Positions 37,999-49,520 of a stretch of 64,000 nt of DNA are shown here, one piece after another. A model generated the notes under the pieces. That model was not told the origin of the DNA, ran no database searches, and saw nothing but the letters and a program-made list of their open reading frames with translations. Each line of letters starts with the position of its first letter. Position 1 is the stretch's first letter. Location of the stretch: positions 120,406,531 to 120,470,530 of the forward strand of contig NC_090383.1 in assembly GCF_036365525.1 (NCBI RefSeq). The letters run 5' to 3'. This stretch comes from Heterodontus francisci. Taxonomy: Eukaryota. The position numbers were made by a program, and so were the translations under genes.

Positions 37999-38578
37999 GG
38001 TCAGTTGGAGCCTGGTTGCTTTCCTTCTTTCATCTCCAGCCTCTCCCCAGAAAAATACTGTTTATAACAAAATAGCGATGGTGGAGCCCAATTTGCAAAC
38101 GTGGTCAGAACCAGTAAAATCTGGAGAGGAACCATGTCTGAGTGACAAGAAATAGTAAAGGTCCATGGACAGCTCAGCACCGTCCTCTCAGAGTGCTGTG
38201 GTCACAGGGTGGCTCCGCTCAGCGACTGGCCAGGGGTGGACTGTGGCTCAGGGTCCCAGGTCTCTGACAAACCCTGTCAATTGGAACATTCTGCTCAATC
38301 CCTTGCGTCCAACCTACTGCACATAACTGGCCCAAAAAGAGCAGAATTTGTTCCCTCCCCCCATTTCACTCCGAGACACACTGCAGAATGAACCGGAAAC
38401 TCCACCACTGGCTCCAAGTCTATACCCCCAGATCCAACCATATCAGTCCACCCCATAGAGGGGCAAATCCGCTTTGTCCCGATTCCTGGGAGACCCTCTT
38501 CTCACAAAGAGCTCATGGATATAAAAACAAGCAGGGTGAGCTCTGTGATCCCACCAATCACCCACCAGCTTTCTTCAT

Positions 38579-38690
38579 TCAGTCATGAAAGCGTTGACAG
38601 GCTTTCTTCCATTTACAGGCCGTACACCACTGGCTCCTGTTCTCCACACCATACACCTTGCGACATTTCTTAGCTTCACCACGGACCTTC
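38579..38690 (-). CDS. ZNF395-like coding exon 8 (C-clamp, stop)
   Basis: [36 protein letters not shown]; acceptor ggttgacag. Confidence 0.95.
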
Positions 38691-41600
38691 CTGTCAACCA
38701 GCAAAAACAATCTCTTACTTTTATTACTTTTACAGACAGTGAAATGGTCATATTTCCCACAATAGGAGCCCCGCCCTCACTCACTTGCCTCTGCTGAGAG
38801 CCTGCGGCATCGAAGCAAATACAATGTGCGGTTTGAACAAAGCCACTTGTGGTTGCACAGAGCAATCTCCAAACGTGAAGGCACAGCCATACTCTGGAGA
38901 GACCTGGAACAGAAGGAGACACAGTCACTGCCCAGACCCACAGACACTGCCCACACCCATAGACACTGCCCAGACCAACGGTGACTGCCCACACCCACAG
39001 ACACTGCCCAGACCCACAGACACTGCCCAGACCAACGGTGACTGCCCAGACCAACGGTGACTGCCCAGACCAACGGTGACTGCCCAGACCCACAGACACT
39101 ACCCACACCCACAGACACTGCCCACACCCACGGTGACTGCCCACACCCACGGTGACTGCCCACACCCACGGTGACTGCCCAGACCCACAGACACTGCCCA
39201 CACCCACAGACACTGCCCACACCCACAGACACTGCCCACACCCACGGTGACTGCCCAGACCCACAGACACTGTCCAGACCCACGGTGACTGCCCAGACCC
39301 ACAGACACTGCCCTCACCCACAGACACTGCCCACACCCACAGACACTGCCCACACCCACAGACACTGCCCACACCCACAGACACTGCCCACACCCACAGA
39401 CTCTGCCCAGACCCACAGACTCTGCCCAGACCCACAGACTCTGCCCAGACCCACAGACTCTGCCCAGACCCACAGACTCTGCCCAGACCCACGGTCACTG
39501 CCCAGACCCACGGTCACTGCCCAGACCCACGGACACTGCCCAGACCCACGGTCACTGCCCAGACCCACGGTCACTGCCCAGACCCACGGACACTGCCCAG
39601 ACCCACGGTCACTGCCCAGACCCACGGTCACTGCCCGGACCCACAGTCACTGCCCGGACCCACGGTCACTGCCCGGACCCACGGTCACTGCCCGGACCCA
39701 CGGTCACTGCCCGGACCCACAGACACTGCCCGGACCCACAGACACTGCCCGGACCCACAGACACTGCCCGGACCCACAGACACTGCCCGACCCACGGTTA
39801 CTGCCCAGACCCACGGTTACTGCCCAGACCCACGGTTACTGCCCAGACCCACAGACACTGCCCTCAGTTAAGGGGTATGAGACTCAGAAAGCTGGGATTC
39901 TGTTAGTTTAGCGTATCTATACAATCTCCTCTATGTAGTTTGAGCAGCCTGAGCCCTCTGCCTCCCCTACCTGATAGGTGTGATCCACACAGACCTGCCA
40001 CAGGCAGCTGGGAGCAGACTGACTGAGTGTGTCTGACACCTGGAATTCCGATGCCTCCTCCTTTGGGCCAGCAGGAATTTTTTGACACTGGAGAACAGCG
40101 GGTGGGGACACACAGCGACGACTATACAGGATCTCTGAGGCCTTGTCCGCGTTCACTCGGATCTCAGTGTAGTAAAAATCTTCCTCTCCATCACTATGAT
40201 CTGAGTCGCTGCGTCTGTCAGAATTAAAACAGCAAGAACAACGCTTAAAACACAAGACCAGCAATTCCTCAGGAACCTCAGTCTGAATCCCAGCTGACAG
40301 TCTGTCTTTTCCCAGAAGCAGGTCCATCAGCGAGTGACACCCATTGCCTCAAACTCAATCTCAGACTGACTCAAATATGCAGCGCTGGGGTTAGTTTCCT
40401 GGCATCACGATGCTGGGGGGAGGCTCAGTGAACACGGGCTGAACAAAACCCCCACCCCACCTGGCCCATTACCTCAGCCAGAAGGCCGAGCTTCACATTC
40501 AACCTGAGACTATTGAAGCACAAGGTGCTTCAGCAGCAAGTTACACCCTGTCCTCACTCAATGACATAGAATCATACAGCACAGAAGGAGGCCATTCAGC
40601 CCATTGTGCCTGTGCCAGCTCTTTGAAACAGCTATCCAATTGGTCCCACTTATCCCCTGTTCTTTCCCCATAGCCCTGCAATTTTTCTTTTCCAAGTATT
40701 TATCCAATTGCCTTTTGAAAGTTACTATTGAATCTGCTTCCACTGCCCTTTCAGGCAGCGCATTCCAGAGCACAACAACTCGTTGGGCACTTAAAAGGTC
40801 TCGTCATCTCCCCTTCTCGTTCTTCTGCCAATTATCTTAAATCGATTTCCTTTGGTTACTGACCCTCCTGCCACTGGAAAGGCTTTCTTAGAATCATAGA
40901 ATGGTTACAGTACAGAATGAGGCCATTCGGCCTGTCAAATCCATGCCGGCTCTCTGCAAGAGCAACTCACCCAGTCCCAACCCCGCCCTTTCCCTGCAGC
41001 CCTGCTAGTCTTTTCTCTTCAGATAATTATCCAATTCTCTTTTGAATGCCTCGATTGAACCTGCCTCCACCACACTGTCAGGCAGTGTATTCCAGACCTT
41101 AACCACTCGCTGTGTAAAAATGTTTTTCCTCATGTCGGTGTTGCTTCTTTTGCCAATCACCTTAAATCAGTGTCCTCTGGTTCTCGACCCTTCTGTCAAT
41201 GGGAACAGATTCTCTCTATCTACTCTGTCCAGAACACTCACCATTTTGAGCTCCTCTATCAAATCTCCTCTCAACCTTCTCTTCTCTAAAGGAGAGCAGC
41301 CCCAGCTTCTCCAATCAATCCACATAACTGAAGTTCCTCATCCCTGAAACCATTCTCGTGAATCTTTTCTGCACCCTCTCAAACACCGTCACATCCATCC
41401 TTCCTAAAGTGCAGTGCCCAGAACTGGTCACAGTACTCCAGGTGAGGCCGAACCAGTGTTTTACACAGTTTTATCATAACTGCCTTATTCTTGTACCTTA
41501 TGCCCCTATTTATAAAGCCCAGGACACTGTATGCTTTATTAATCACTTTCTCAACCTGCCCTGCCACCTTCAATGATTTGTGCACATATACACCCAGGTC

Positions 41601-44600
41601 CCTCTGCTCCTGCACCCCTTTACAATTGCACCACTCATTTTATATTGCCTGTCCTCAATCTTACTTTATGAAAACCCTTTATGATTTTGAACACATCTAT
41701 TAAATCTTCCCTTAGTCTTCTCTGCCCGATAGAGAACAATTCCTGCTTGTCCACATAACTGAAACCCCTAAACTGACATCAAGTGCACATAATTCCAGAG
41801 GTCACTGGGCAGTGCCAACAGGAAGCTCACTGGCTGCCCTCCCTGGTCCACGGTGCAGGGCAGTGATGCGGCAACTGCATGTGCTGACTGTGGTTAAACT
41901 GCACGGTCCCGAAACACATCAGCAATTGCAATAACCTACTGCACCACTCGAGGGAGGACACAACTCAGGATTTCCTTCAACAGATTTTTATATTCTGCAG
42001 AGATTGTGCCAGTAGGACAGTGTAGAGGGAGCTTTACTGTGTATCTAACCCCCGTGCTGTACCTGTCCTGGGAGTGTTTGATGGGGACAGTGTAGAGGGA
42101 GCTTTACTCTGTATCTAACCCCCGAGCTGTACCTGTCCTGGGAGTGTTTGATGGGACAGTGTAGAGGGAGCTTTACTCTGTATCTAACCCCCGAGCTGTA
42201 CCTGTCCTGGGAGTGTTTGATGGGACAGTGTAGAGGGAGCTTTACTCTGTATCTAACCCCCGTGCTGTACCTGTCCTGGGAGTGTTTGATGGGACAGTGT
42301 AGAGGGAGCTTTACTCTGTATCTAACCCCGTGCTGTACCTGTCCTGGGAGTGTTTGATGGGGACAGTGTAGAGGGAGCTTTACTCTGTATCTAACCCCCG
42401 AGCTGTACCTGTCCTGGGAGTGTTTGATTGTGGGACCTTCTTCAGCTGCATGTCCCAGAGTTTGATGTTCCACTTTTACTGGGGGCAGGCAACCAGCCAC
42501 ATCAGCCTCTCCTCCCACAATGTCCCTCCTCCTGAGGCCTCTCCTCCCTGTAGCCTCCGTCATCCAGGCCCTTCCTACCTGAGATGCACGGTTCGGATGT
42601 GCCTCCGGATCCCGACAGTTGACGAGAGAAGTTTCTGGCAGCTTGGCCACATGCAGCGATACAGGAGCTTCATCGAGTTCTGGGAGGGAAAGGATGGGGA
42701 CAGAGGGAGTTAAACATCAAGGGAAGCATCTCCTTCATCACAGCCCCAGCACAATGAGCTGATACAGGCCAGCATCACTCTGAGTGAGTGTCCACAGCAG
42801 CTGCTTCTGAAACTGAGTGTGCCCTTCCATTTGTCTGTCGCTCACCACTCTCCTTCCCCACCACCCCCCCCAGAACCAACTCCGTATTCCGCTTCCGTTT
42901 CTGTTTACTCACCTTCCTTTTACGGGGAGCTGGCTCCTCAAACAGCAGTGGATGTGCATCATCTGCCTGGGCTGTGCCAAGCTCTGGTGTAAGTTGTGGT
43001 GGTGAAGGGGATGAGGAATTGCTGCTCCAGCACGAACTCCAATTGATGCTGTTCCCACTCCCGGAGTCATTCCCAGAGTCTCCCAACACTGGCACAGGGA
43101 CAAGTCACACAGGAAGATTCAGTAACACCATATCTAACCCATAGCAATCAGTTAAGGACAAGTGTGAAAATGGCCAGAATTTTATGCCCCCCCAAAAGAG
43201 CAGGCTAGTGGCAAGGGGAGACGGCAGGGGGGTGGGGTGATGTAAAATGGAATCGAGGCTCAAGGGGCCCTTCCCAATCCGCTCCCCCCTCTGCTGCCAA
43301 TTTACACAGGGTGGCGGCAGCAAGAAACAGCCTGCCCGCCCCAGGCCAATCAAGGCCCTTAAGAGCCTCTGCCCGCCGCCAGGGGGATTTTATGGTTGGC
43401 AGACGGGCAGCTGAGGCCTCAGAAAAGCCACCTGATAAAAGTAGGTGCCCTTCTGGCAGGCTGGGGTGGCCCTTCTGATCAGGTACCCTGTGTCCCACAG
43501 AGGGCTGCCCCCAAAACCCTAACTGCCCCCAACGCCCAGCATGCCCCTTGCCCCCTGACCGACCCCCCCCCCCCCTCCGCCTCATCGGGGCCCGACCAAT
43601 TGTCCCAGGCGAGGCCCTAAAAACTCATCTCTTTTCCGTGCTCTCCGTCATCATCATTCAGCTGGGCTGCAATCCCAGCAGTGGCCACCACTCCCAGTGG
43701 TGCTGCTGAGACTAAGAGCTCCCGGCCTCCTGATTGGCCGGCAGTTCCATTAGGCGGGACTTCCTGTCTCAATGAGCAGAAAGTCCCACCCAAAACCAAT
43801 TAAGGGCCTGGGGAGCAAAAAATCCCGATCTGGATCCCAAGGCCCAGCGGAGGCGGGATCACCACCGACTCTTCGGCCGGTAGACAGCTCCCCCCCCACC
43901 CACCGTAAAATCCAGCCCAATGTGTGTGAGCTCGCAGGTTCGAGTGTGAACCATGTGTGTGAATTAGTAGGTTTGAGTGTGAACCATGTGTGTGAGCTCG
44001 CAGGTTCGAGTGTGGACCATATGTGTGAGCTCGCAGGTTCGAGTGTGAACAATGTGTGTGAGTTTATAGGTTTGAGTGTGAACCATGTGTGTGAGTTTAT
44101 AGGTTGGTGTGTGAACCATGTGTGTGAGTTTATAGGTTTGAGTGTGAACCATGTGTGTGAATTCGTAGGTTTGAGTGTGAACCATGTGTGTGAATTCGTA
44201 GGTTTGAGTGTGAACCATGTGTGTGAATTCATAGGTTTGAGTGTGAACCATGTGTGTGAATTAGTAGGTTTGAGTGTGAACCATATGTGTGAGCTCGCAG
44301 GTTCGAGTGTGAACAATGTGTGTGAGTTTATAGGTTTGAGTGTGAACCATGTGTGTGAGTTTATAGGTTTGAGTGTGAACCATGTGTGTGAATTCATAGG
44401 TTTGAGTGTGAACCATGTGTGTGAATTAGTAGGTTTGAGTGTGAACCATGTGTGTGAGCTCGCAGGTTCGAGTGTGGACCATATGTGTGAGCTCGCAGGT
44501 TCGAGTGTGGACAATGTGTGTGAGTTTATAGGTTTGAGTGTGAACCATGTGTGTGAATTAGTAGGTTTGAGTGTGAACCATGTGTGTGAATTCGTAGGTT

Positions 44601-47080
44601 TGAGTGTGAACCATGTGTGTGAGTTTATAGGTTTGAGTGTGAACCATATGTGTGAGCTCGCAGGTTTGAGTGTGAACCATGTGTGTGAATTAGTAGGTTT
44701 GAGTGTGAACCATGTGTGTGAATTCGTAGGTTTGAGTGTGAACCATGTGTGTGAGTTTATAGGTTTGAGTGTGAACCATATGTGTGAGCTCGCAGGTTTG
44801 AGTGTGAACCATGTGTGTGAATTAGTAGGTTTGAGTGTGAACCATGTGTGTGAATTCGTAGGTTTGAGTGTGAACCATGTGTGTGAGTTTATAGGTTTGA
44901 GTGTGAACCATGTGTGTGAGTTTATAGGTTTGAGTGTGAACCATGTGTGTGAGCTCGCAGGTTCGAGTGTGAACCATGTGTGTGAGTTTATAGGTTCGAG
45001 TGTGAACCATGTGTGTGAATTAGTAGGTTTGAGTGTATATCAGACATTTATTAGAGGAGGGGTTGGCAAAGTGGTAATGTCACTGGACTAGTAATCCAGA
45101 GCCCAGGCTAATCCCTGTGAAAATGGGTTCGAATCCCACCATGGCAGATGGTGAAATTTGAATACAATTAATAAATCTGGAATTGAAAGCTAGACTAGTG
45201 GTGACCATGAAACCATTGTCGATTGTTGTAAAAACCCATCTGATTCACTAATGTCCTTTAAGGAAGAAAATCTGCTGTCCTTACCTGGTCTGGCCTACAT
45301 GTGACTCCAGACCCACAGCAATATGGTTAACTCTTAAAATGCCCTCTGAAATGGCCCAGCAAGACACTCAGTTCAAGGTCAATTCGGGATGGGCAACAAA
45401 TGCTGGCTTTGCCAGCGACGTCCACATCCCACAAAAAAATGAATTTTAAAAAATCCCATGTGTGAGAGGGCAGGCACAGACCAACACCCCATTAGAATTT
45501 AATGGAGACCCCCCCAAGTGAAACAAAGCCACCCCTAGAGGATAATCCTTTAGTCATGTGATAGCACCAGTCAATGTTCTTACCTGTCATTGGTCTGGTG
45601 TCCAAGGGGCTGTTAACCAGTGGATTGGACGACAGGCTGGTGAGCACCATGGCTGCCATGATCTCGTCCATATCAACCGTTCCCGAGACCCTGAAGCGAA
45701 TAACATGCGGGGATTAGTACCTGGTAGTGAAAGCTATCTACAACAGGGTTCAGAGGCCACTCAGTGACCATTCTGCACAAGCAGATGTCTACTACATAGC
45801 CACACCGCAAAGCAGCTCCTTCCAGTGACCTGGCACTGGATTTACCCTGGAATCCTGCCAGGAACATGAAGCCATTCCTGTCCCCACACTGGGACCACCA
45901 TTGGCCTCGCCCTCTCCCCCCGCTGCACGAGGGAGGGGCAGTGCTGATTTCCAGAGCTCCAGGAATTGGCAGTAACAGCTCTGAGCTTTCCCAGGAAATA
46001 GCAAGATCCTTACAGCATCTTCTCCCTTCTTCCACTGCACCCCCAGTGAAATACCTGTGAGTGCTGAGATCTTCACTCCCCCTGCCACTCACCTGTGAGT
46101 GCTGAGATCTTCACTCCCCCTGCCACTCACCTGTGAGTGCTGAGATCTTCACTCCCCCTGCCACTCACCTGTGAGTGCTGAGATCTTCACTCCCCCTCCC
46201 ACTCACCTCCCCCATGCAGACCCACCTTGTAGGCACGTTGATGCTGTCGGAGCAATGGTTCCTCTTGGGCTCAGAGGGATTGGTTGTCACTCTCGTGTGC
46301 TCCCTCTCCAGCTCCCGGAGTCGCAGCGACTTCCGGCTCTCTCCCAGTCGTACATCCTCGATTCTCCGCAGCGAGCGCAGCCCCAGTTCCTCCACGTAGA
46401 TCAGGACCTCATTATCCACGTGATTGTGTTGCTCAACCAGCCCAGCGCACTCACGCCCGCTGTGGGTCAGATAAACCTGAGGGTGGCAAGGCAAGGCCAT
46501 CATCATCAGCTGAGGGGAGGGGGTGTGGATGTTAAGATAGGAGAGGCATTCCATCGACAGCATCCATTCAACTGCTGTGTTCAAACAATATCTGGGCCCA
46601 ATGCTCATCAGAAACTGAAATCTGGAGCCAATTGTGCTGCCTTTCCCCATTTCTCCCATTCACATGAAAGGGCTGCAGCTAAAGAATTGACTTCCAGGCC
46701 ACCAGCAGGTGTGAAAGGCGAGCTGAGGTTTTCGCTGCCTCCTTTAGTCACCCTTGGCCCTGGGCTCCTGTCCCCCAAACAGGCACCGAACCCGCACAAA
46801 TAGTGCGACAGTTTTCAGCTGAACTTACCTTCTGCCCTGGATAGAGTTTAAATCGAGACAGGCTCTTAAACCCTGGTCCAATGATATTATCTTCGCTGTA
46901 CTCCTTGAACTGGCCATCCTCAAACGACACTGTGTACAAGGATGTGCTGCTCCTGGGATCCAACCGGAATGCTTGTATTACACCAGGAATCAGCATCCCA
47001 TCTCCGGAAGGACTGGGCGTGTGAACAAGGGCACCCAGCAGTGATCGTTTTCCCAGACGTCTGGACAGTACACTCGCCAT
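38579..47080 (-). CDS. ZNF395: ZNF395/ZNF704/SLC2A4RG-family C2H2 + C-clamp transcription factor, 8 coding exons, 453 aa (orthology within the family uncertain)
   Basis: Exons 47080-46829, 46476-46226, 45690-45584, 43088-42913, 42679-42579, 40214-39971, 38903-38785, 38690-38579; all GT-AG, phase-compatible, total 1362 nt. Motifs: [46 protein letters not shown]...[24 protein letters not shown]...[14 protein letters not shown]. Confidence 0.9.
38785..38903 (-). CDS. ZNF395-like coding exon 7
   Basis: Acceptor ctccttctgttccag, donor aa|gtgagt; [39 protein letters not shown]; bridges phase 0 to phase 2. Confidence 0.75.
38921..39862. repeat. 19-bp intronic minisatellite
   Basis: Unit cactgcccagacccacaga and variants, ~50 copies; source of ORFs 38575-39911. 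Confidence 0.95.
39971..40214 (-). CDS. ZNF395-like coding exon 6
   Basis: [18 protein letters not shown]...[19 protein letters not shown]; acceptor ttctgacag, donor cag|gtaggg. Confidence 0.9.
40560..41770 (-). mobile_element. Nested CR1 3' fragments (intronic)
   Basis: Two CR1 tails (~40565, ~40890); ORFs 40558-40773 and 41379-41615 are CR1 C-terminal sequence. Confidence 0.85.
42014..42428. repeat. ~69-bp tandem repeat, 6 units
   Basis: gggacagtgtagagggagctttactctgtatctaacccccgtgctgtacctgtcctgggagtgtttgat. Confidence 0.95.
42579..42679 (-). CDS. ZNF395-like coding exon 5 (C2H2 zinc finger)
   Basis: [33 protein letters not shown]; acceptor tttccctcccag, donor ag|gtagga. Confidence 0.95.
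42913..43088 (-). CDS. ZNF395-like coding exon 4 (Ser-rich region, NLS PRKRK)
   Basis: [18 protein letters not shown]...SPSPP...[12 protein letters not shown]; donor aag|gtgagt. Confidence 0.9.
43172..43918. mobile_element. Harbinger-like non-autonomous MITE
   Basis: Imperfect 15-bp TIRs ggccagaattttatg / rc gggctggattttacg (11/15) and 3-bp TSD aat (43169-71, 43919-21); GC-rich interior. Confidence 0.65.
43921..45036. repeat. 33-bp intronic minisatellite (~34 units)
   Basis: Unit gtgtgaaccatgtgtgtgagtttataggtttga; produces the 439-aa ([11 protein letters not shown])n ORF. Confidence 0.95.
45584..45690 (-). CDS. ZNF395-like coding exon 3
   Basis: [28 protein letters not shown]; acceptor ttcgcttcag, donor cag|gtaaga. 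Confidence 0.95.
46055..46206 (-). repeat. 4 x 38-bp tandem repeat, each unit GTGAGT...CACAG
   Basis: Minus-strand unit gtgagtggcagggggagtgaagatctcagcactcacag, starting 20 nt into intron 2. Confidence 0.9.
46226..46476 (-). CDS. ZNF395-like coding exon 2
   Basis: [30 protein letters not shown]...SDSINVPT; acceptor ccaccctcag, donor aag|gtgggt. Confidence 0.9.
46829..47080 (-). CDS. ZNF395-like coding exon 1 (84 codons)
   Basis: [17 protein letters not shown]...[19 protein letters not shown]; donor aag|gtaagt; upstream acceptor gives exon start 47086. Confidence 0.95.
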
Positions 47081-48074
47081 CCTTACCTGTCAGGAAGGTG
47101 ATAAACAGAGGCTCCAATATCAGGTATAAACCATCATATCATGGATGTAAACACACTCTTATTGTCCAAGAACCCTGCACATCTGGTGACATCTGGACAC
47201 CCAGCAGTCAGGGTGTACAATCATCACTCAAGCCATGTCTGTCATTGGGTCCACACTACAGTCAACATTCGACAAGGACCAATCCACTGAAACCTGCACC
47301 TGTCACTGAAACCGCTCGTCCGAGCCCACCGCCTGAACCAGGTGCAGCCTGGGACTGGTGGGGGGGTGGGGAGGTGGAAGAGAGGGGGAGAAGGGAGCTA
47401 CAGTCTCAGCTGCTGTGAATTATACAAGTCCAGGAGTGTCATGGTTCTGTTACTGGATTAATGACCTGGAAAACATGAGTTCAAATCCCACCAGGGCAGT
47501 TTGACAATTTGAATTCAAGTTTAAAGAATCTGGAAATTGGGAACTGTTAAAAGTGACCGTGAAGCTTTGGGATTGTCATAAAAATCCAACTGGTTCACTA
47601 ATGTCCTTTAGAGAAGGAAACCTGGGGTCCTTACCCCGTCTGGCCTGTGTGTTGCTCAACTGCCTCTACTAGCAAGCCACTCAGATTGTATCAAACTGTT
47701 CACTACTGTTGAAGGAGAGGATGAACCATTACCATCCAGGGAAGGGCAACCAGTTTGTGCCACATTCACAGAGTGAATGCAAATAGTGAATGAATCATCC
47801 TCCCTGTGGGCAGAGAGCTGTTCAACAGAGTGAGTGCCACTCATGACCTGTCCAGACTTGTCTTAACCACTCCTGCAGTTGGAAACTGATTTCAATCCAC
47901 AGTCCCAGGCCCAGTTTCACTGTTACTATTTGTTCCACAGTGCCAGCAACACAGACACAGTATTCTGACAGGGCAGACTCTGAAACCTCAGGAGTCAGTT
48001 ACTGCTCACCCAAGGCTGACATTTTGACACAGACAAAACCCAAGAGAGATTTTAAAATTTTCAACCTTATGCTC

Positions 48075-48425
48075 ACATCTTTCCATGGCCTCACCCTCCC
48101 TATTGCTGTAATCTCCTCCAGCCCCACAACCCTGAGAGATCTCTGTGCTCCTCCAATTCTGGTCACTTGCACAATCGTGATTTCCGTCACTCCATTGCCT
48201 TCAGCTGCCTTGGCCCAAAGATCTGGAATTCCATCCCTAAACCTCTCCACCTCTTTCTCCTCCTTTAAGATGCTCTTTAAAACCTCCCTCATTCACCAAG
48301 CTTTTGGGCACCTGAGTTAACATCTCCTTATGTGACTCAGTCAAATGTTGTTTGAAATGCTCCTGTGAGATACCTTGGAATATTTTACTATGTTAAAGGC
48401 GCTATATAAATAGAAGTTGTTATTG
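48075..48425 (+). mobile_element. L2-clade LINE 3' fragment
   Basis: Tail ...gcgctatataaatagaagttgtt; related minus-strand copies at ~50120-50900 and 54135-54500. Confidence 0.7.
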
Positions 48426-48674
48426 CCATTGGCCCTCATCCCAGGTTCTCTGGTCAAGCAGCAAAGGAGGATCAATCTAACCCATGGTCCAATCAACTCT
48501 GGAAGCCTTCACACTCCCCGCAACACAAAGGCAGGGACAGGTAGAGGAGAGTTTTGTTCACAATGTAGAATGCCCTTGAGGCTGTGCTGACAGGCTGCAG
48601 TGGTTTTTGTCAATTGTTGATAGCTGTGGCCTACAAGCGTTTTATAGAGTTCACCCACTCACCAATGTGACTGA

Positions 48675-48775
48675 AATAAAAACAAGAAATGCTGAAAACA
48701 CTCAGCAGGTCTGGCAGCATCTGTGAAGAGAGAAGCAGAGTTAACATTTCAGGTCAGTGACCCTTCATCAGAACT
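48675..48775 (-). mobile_element. ~100-bp Penelope-like insertion with minimal hammerhead ribozyme and 11-bp TSD
   Basis: TSD aatgtgactga at 48664-48674 and 48776-48786; minus strand agtt-CTGATGA-a-gggtca-c-tgacct-GAAA-tg-tt-aact. Confidence 0.7.
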
Positions 48776-49119
48776 AATGTGACTGAGCGAGCCTCTCCAC
48801 CAGGGTGGGATTATTGTCCATTCCTTGTGTAAAGTGCTGGGACTCTGCTGGTCACCTTTCCTCAATCCCCCTGACATGGGCAAAACCAAGGGATCCCTCT
48901 ATCCCATCCCCAAGCCTCACTCCACACATCAACTCTCCAACTCCTGGAACTTTATTCAGACACTGAACAGGATTCAGCTGCATCAGACATCAGCAATAGT
49001 GCAAGAGCAACACAAAATCATAGAAGGAAATCTTGTGCTGTTAGTGGTTGAGGATCTCAAGGACTTCTTTCTCCTGTGTTCTTCCATTCCCCTCAGTGAC
49101 AAGACCATGTCAATCCTAT

Positions 49120-49520
49120 ATCACCTTTCACCACCTCAGACTGCCCCTAAGTGCTTTATAGCCAATGAAGTTCTTCCAGAGTGTAGTCACTGTCACAATG
49201 TAGGAAGGCTGGCAACCAATTTGTGCACTGCAAGATCCCACAAATAGCAATGTGATAATGACCAAATAATTGGTTTTAGGGTTGAAAGATAAATATTTGG
49301 GCAGGGCACAGAGGAGAACTCCCCTGCTCTCCTTTGAAATATTGCCATCGGATGCACCCGAGACGAGAGATGGGGCCTTGGTTTAATATTTTATCTGACA
49401 GACAGCACCTCCAAAAGTGCAGCACTCCCTCAGTACTGCACTGGATTGTCAGCCAGCATTTTGTCCCTGAACTGAGACTCAGTGGCAAGACTGCTAATCA
49501 CTGAGTCACAGTTGACACTT
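49120..49520 (-). mobile_element. Deu-domain SINE (AmnSINE1/SacSINE1-like)
   Basis: Reverse complement has gagcaggggagttctcc...ttgctatttgtgggatcttgcagtgcacaaattgg...cttcattggctataaagcac, matching the remembered Deu-domain consensus. Confidence 0.7.

Noticed and set aside
38575-39911. 307-aa and 246-aa repeat ORFs
   Set aside because: 19-bp VNTR translations; the true exons use other frames.
43772-45091. 439-aa Cys/His repeat protein
   Set aside because: Translation of a 33-bp intronic minisatellite plus a MITE end, antisense to the ZNF395-like gene.
46165-46659. Stand-alone 164-aa ORF
   Set aside because: Only 46476-46226 (or 46169) is exonic; the remainder is intron read-through.
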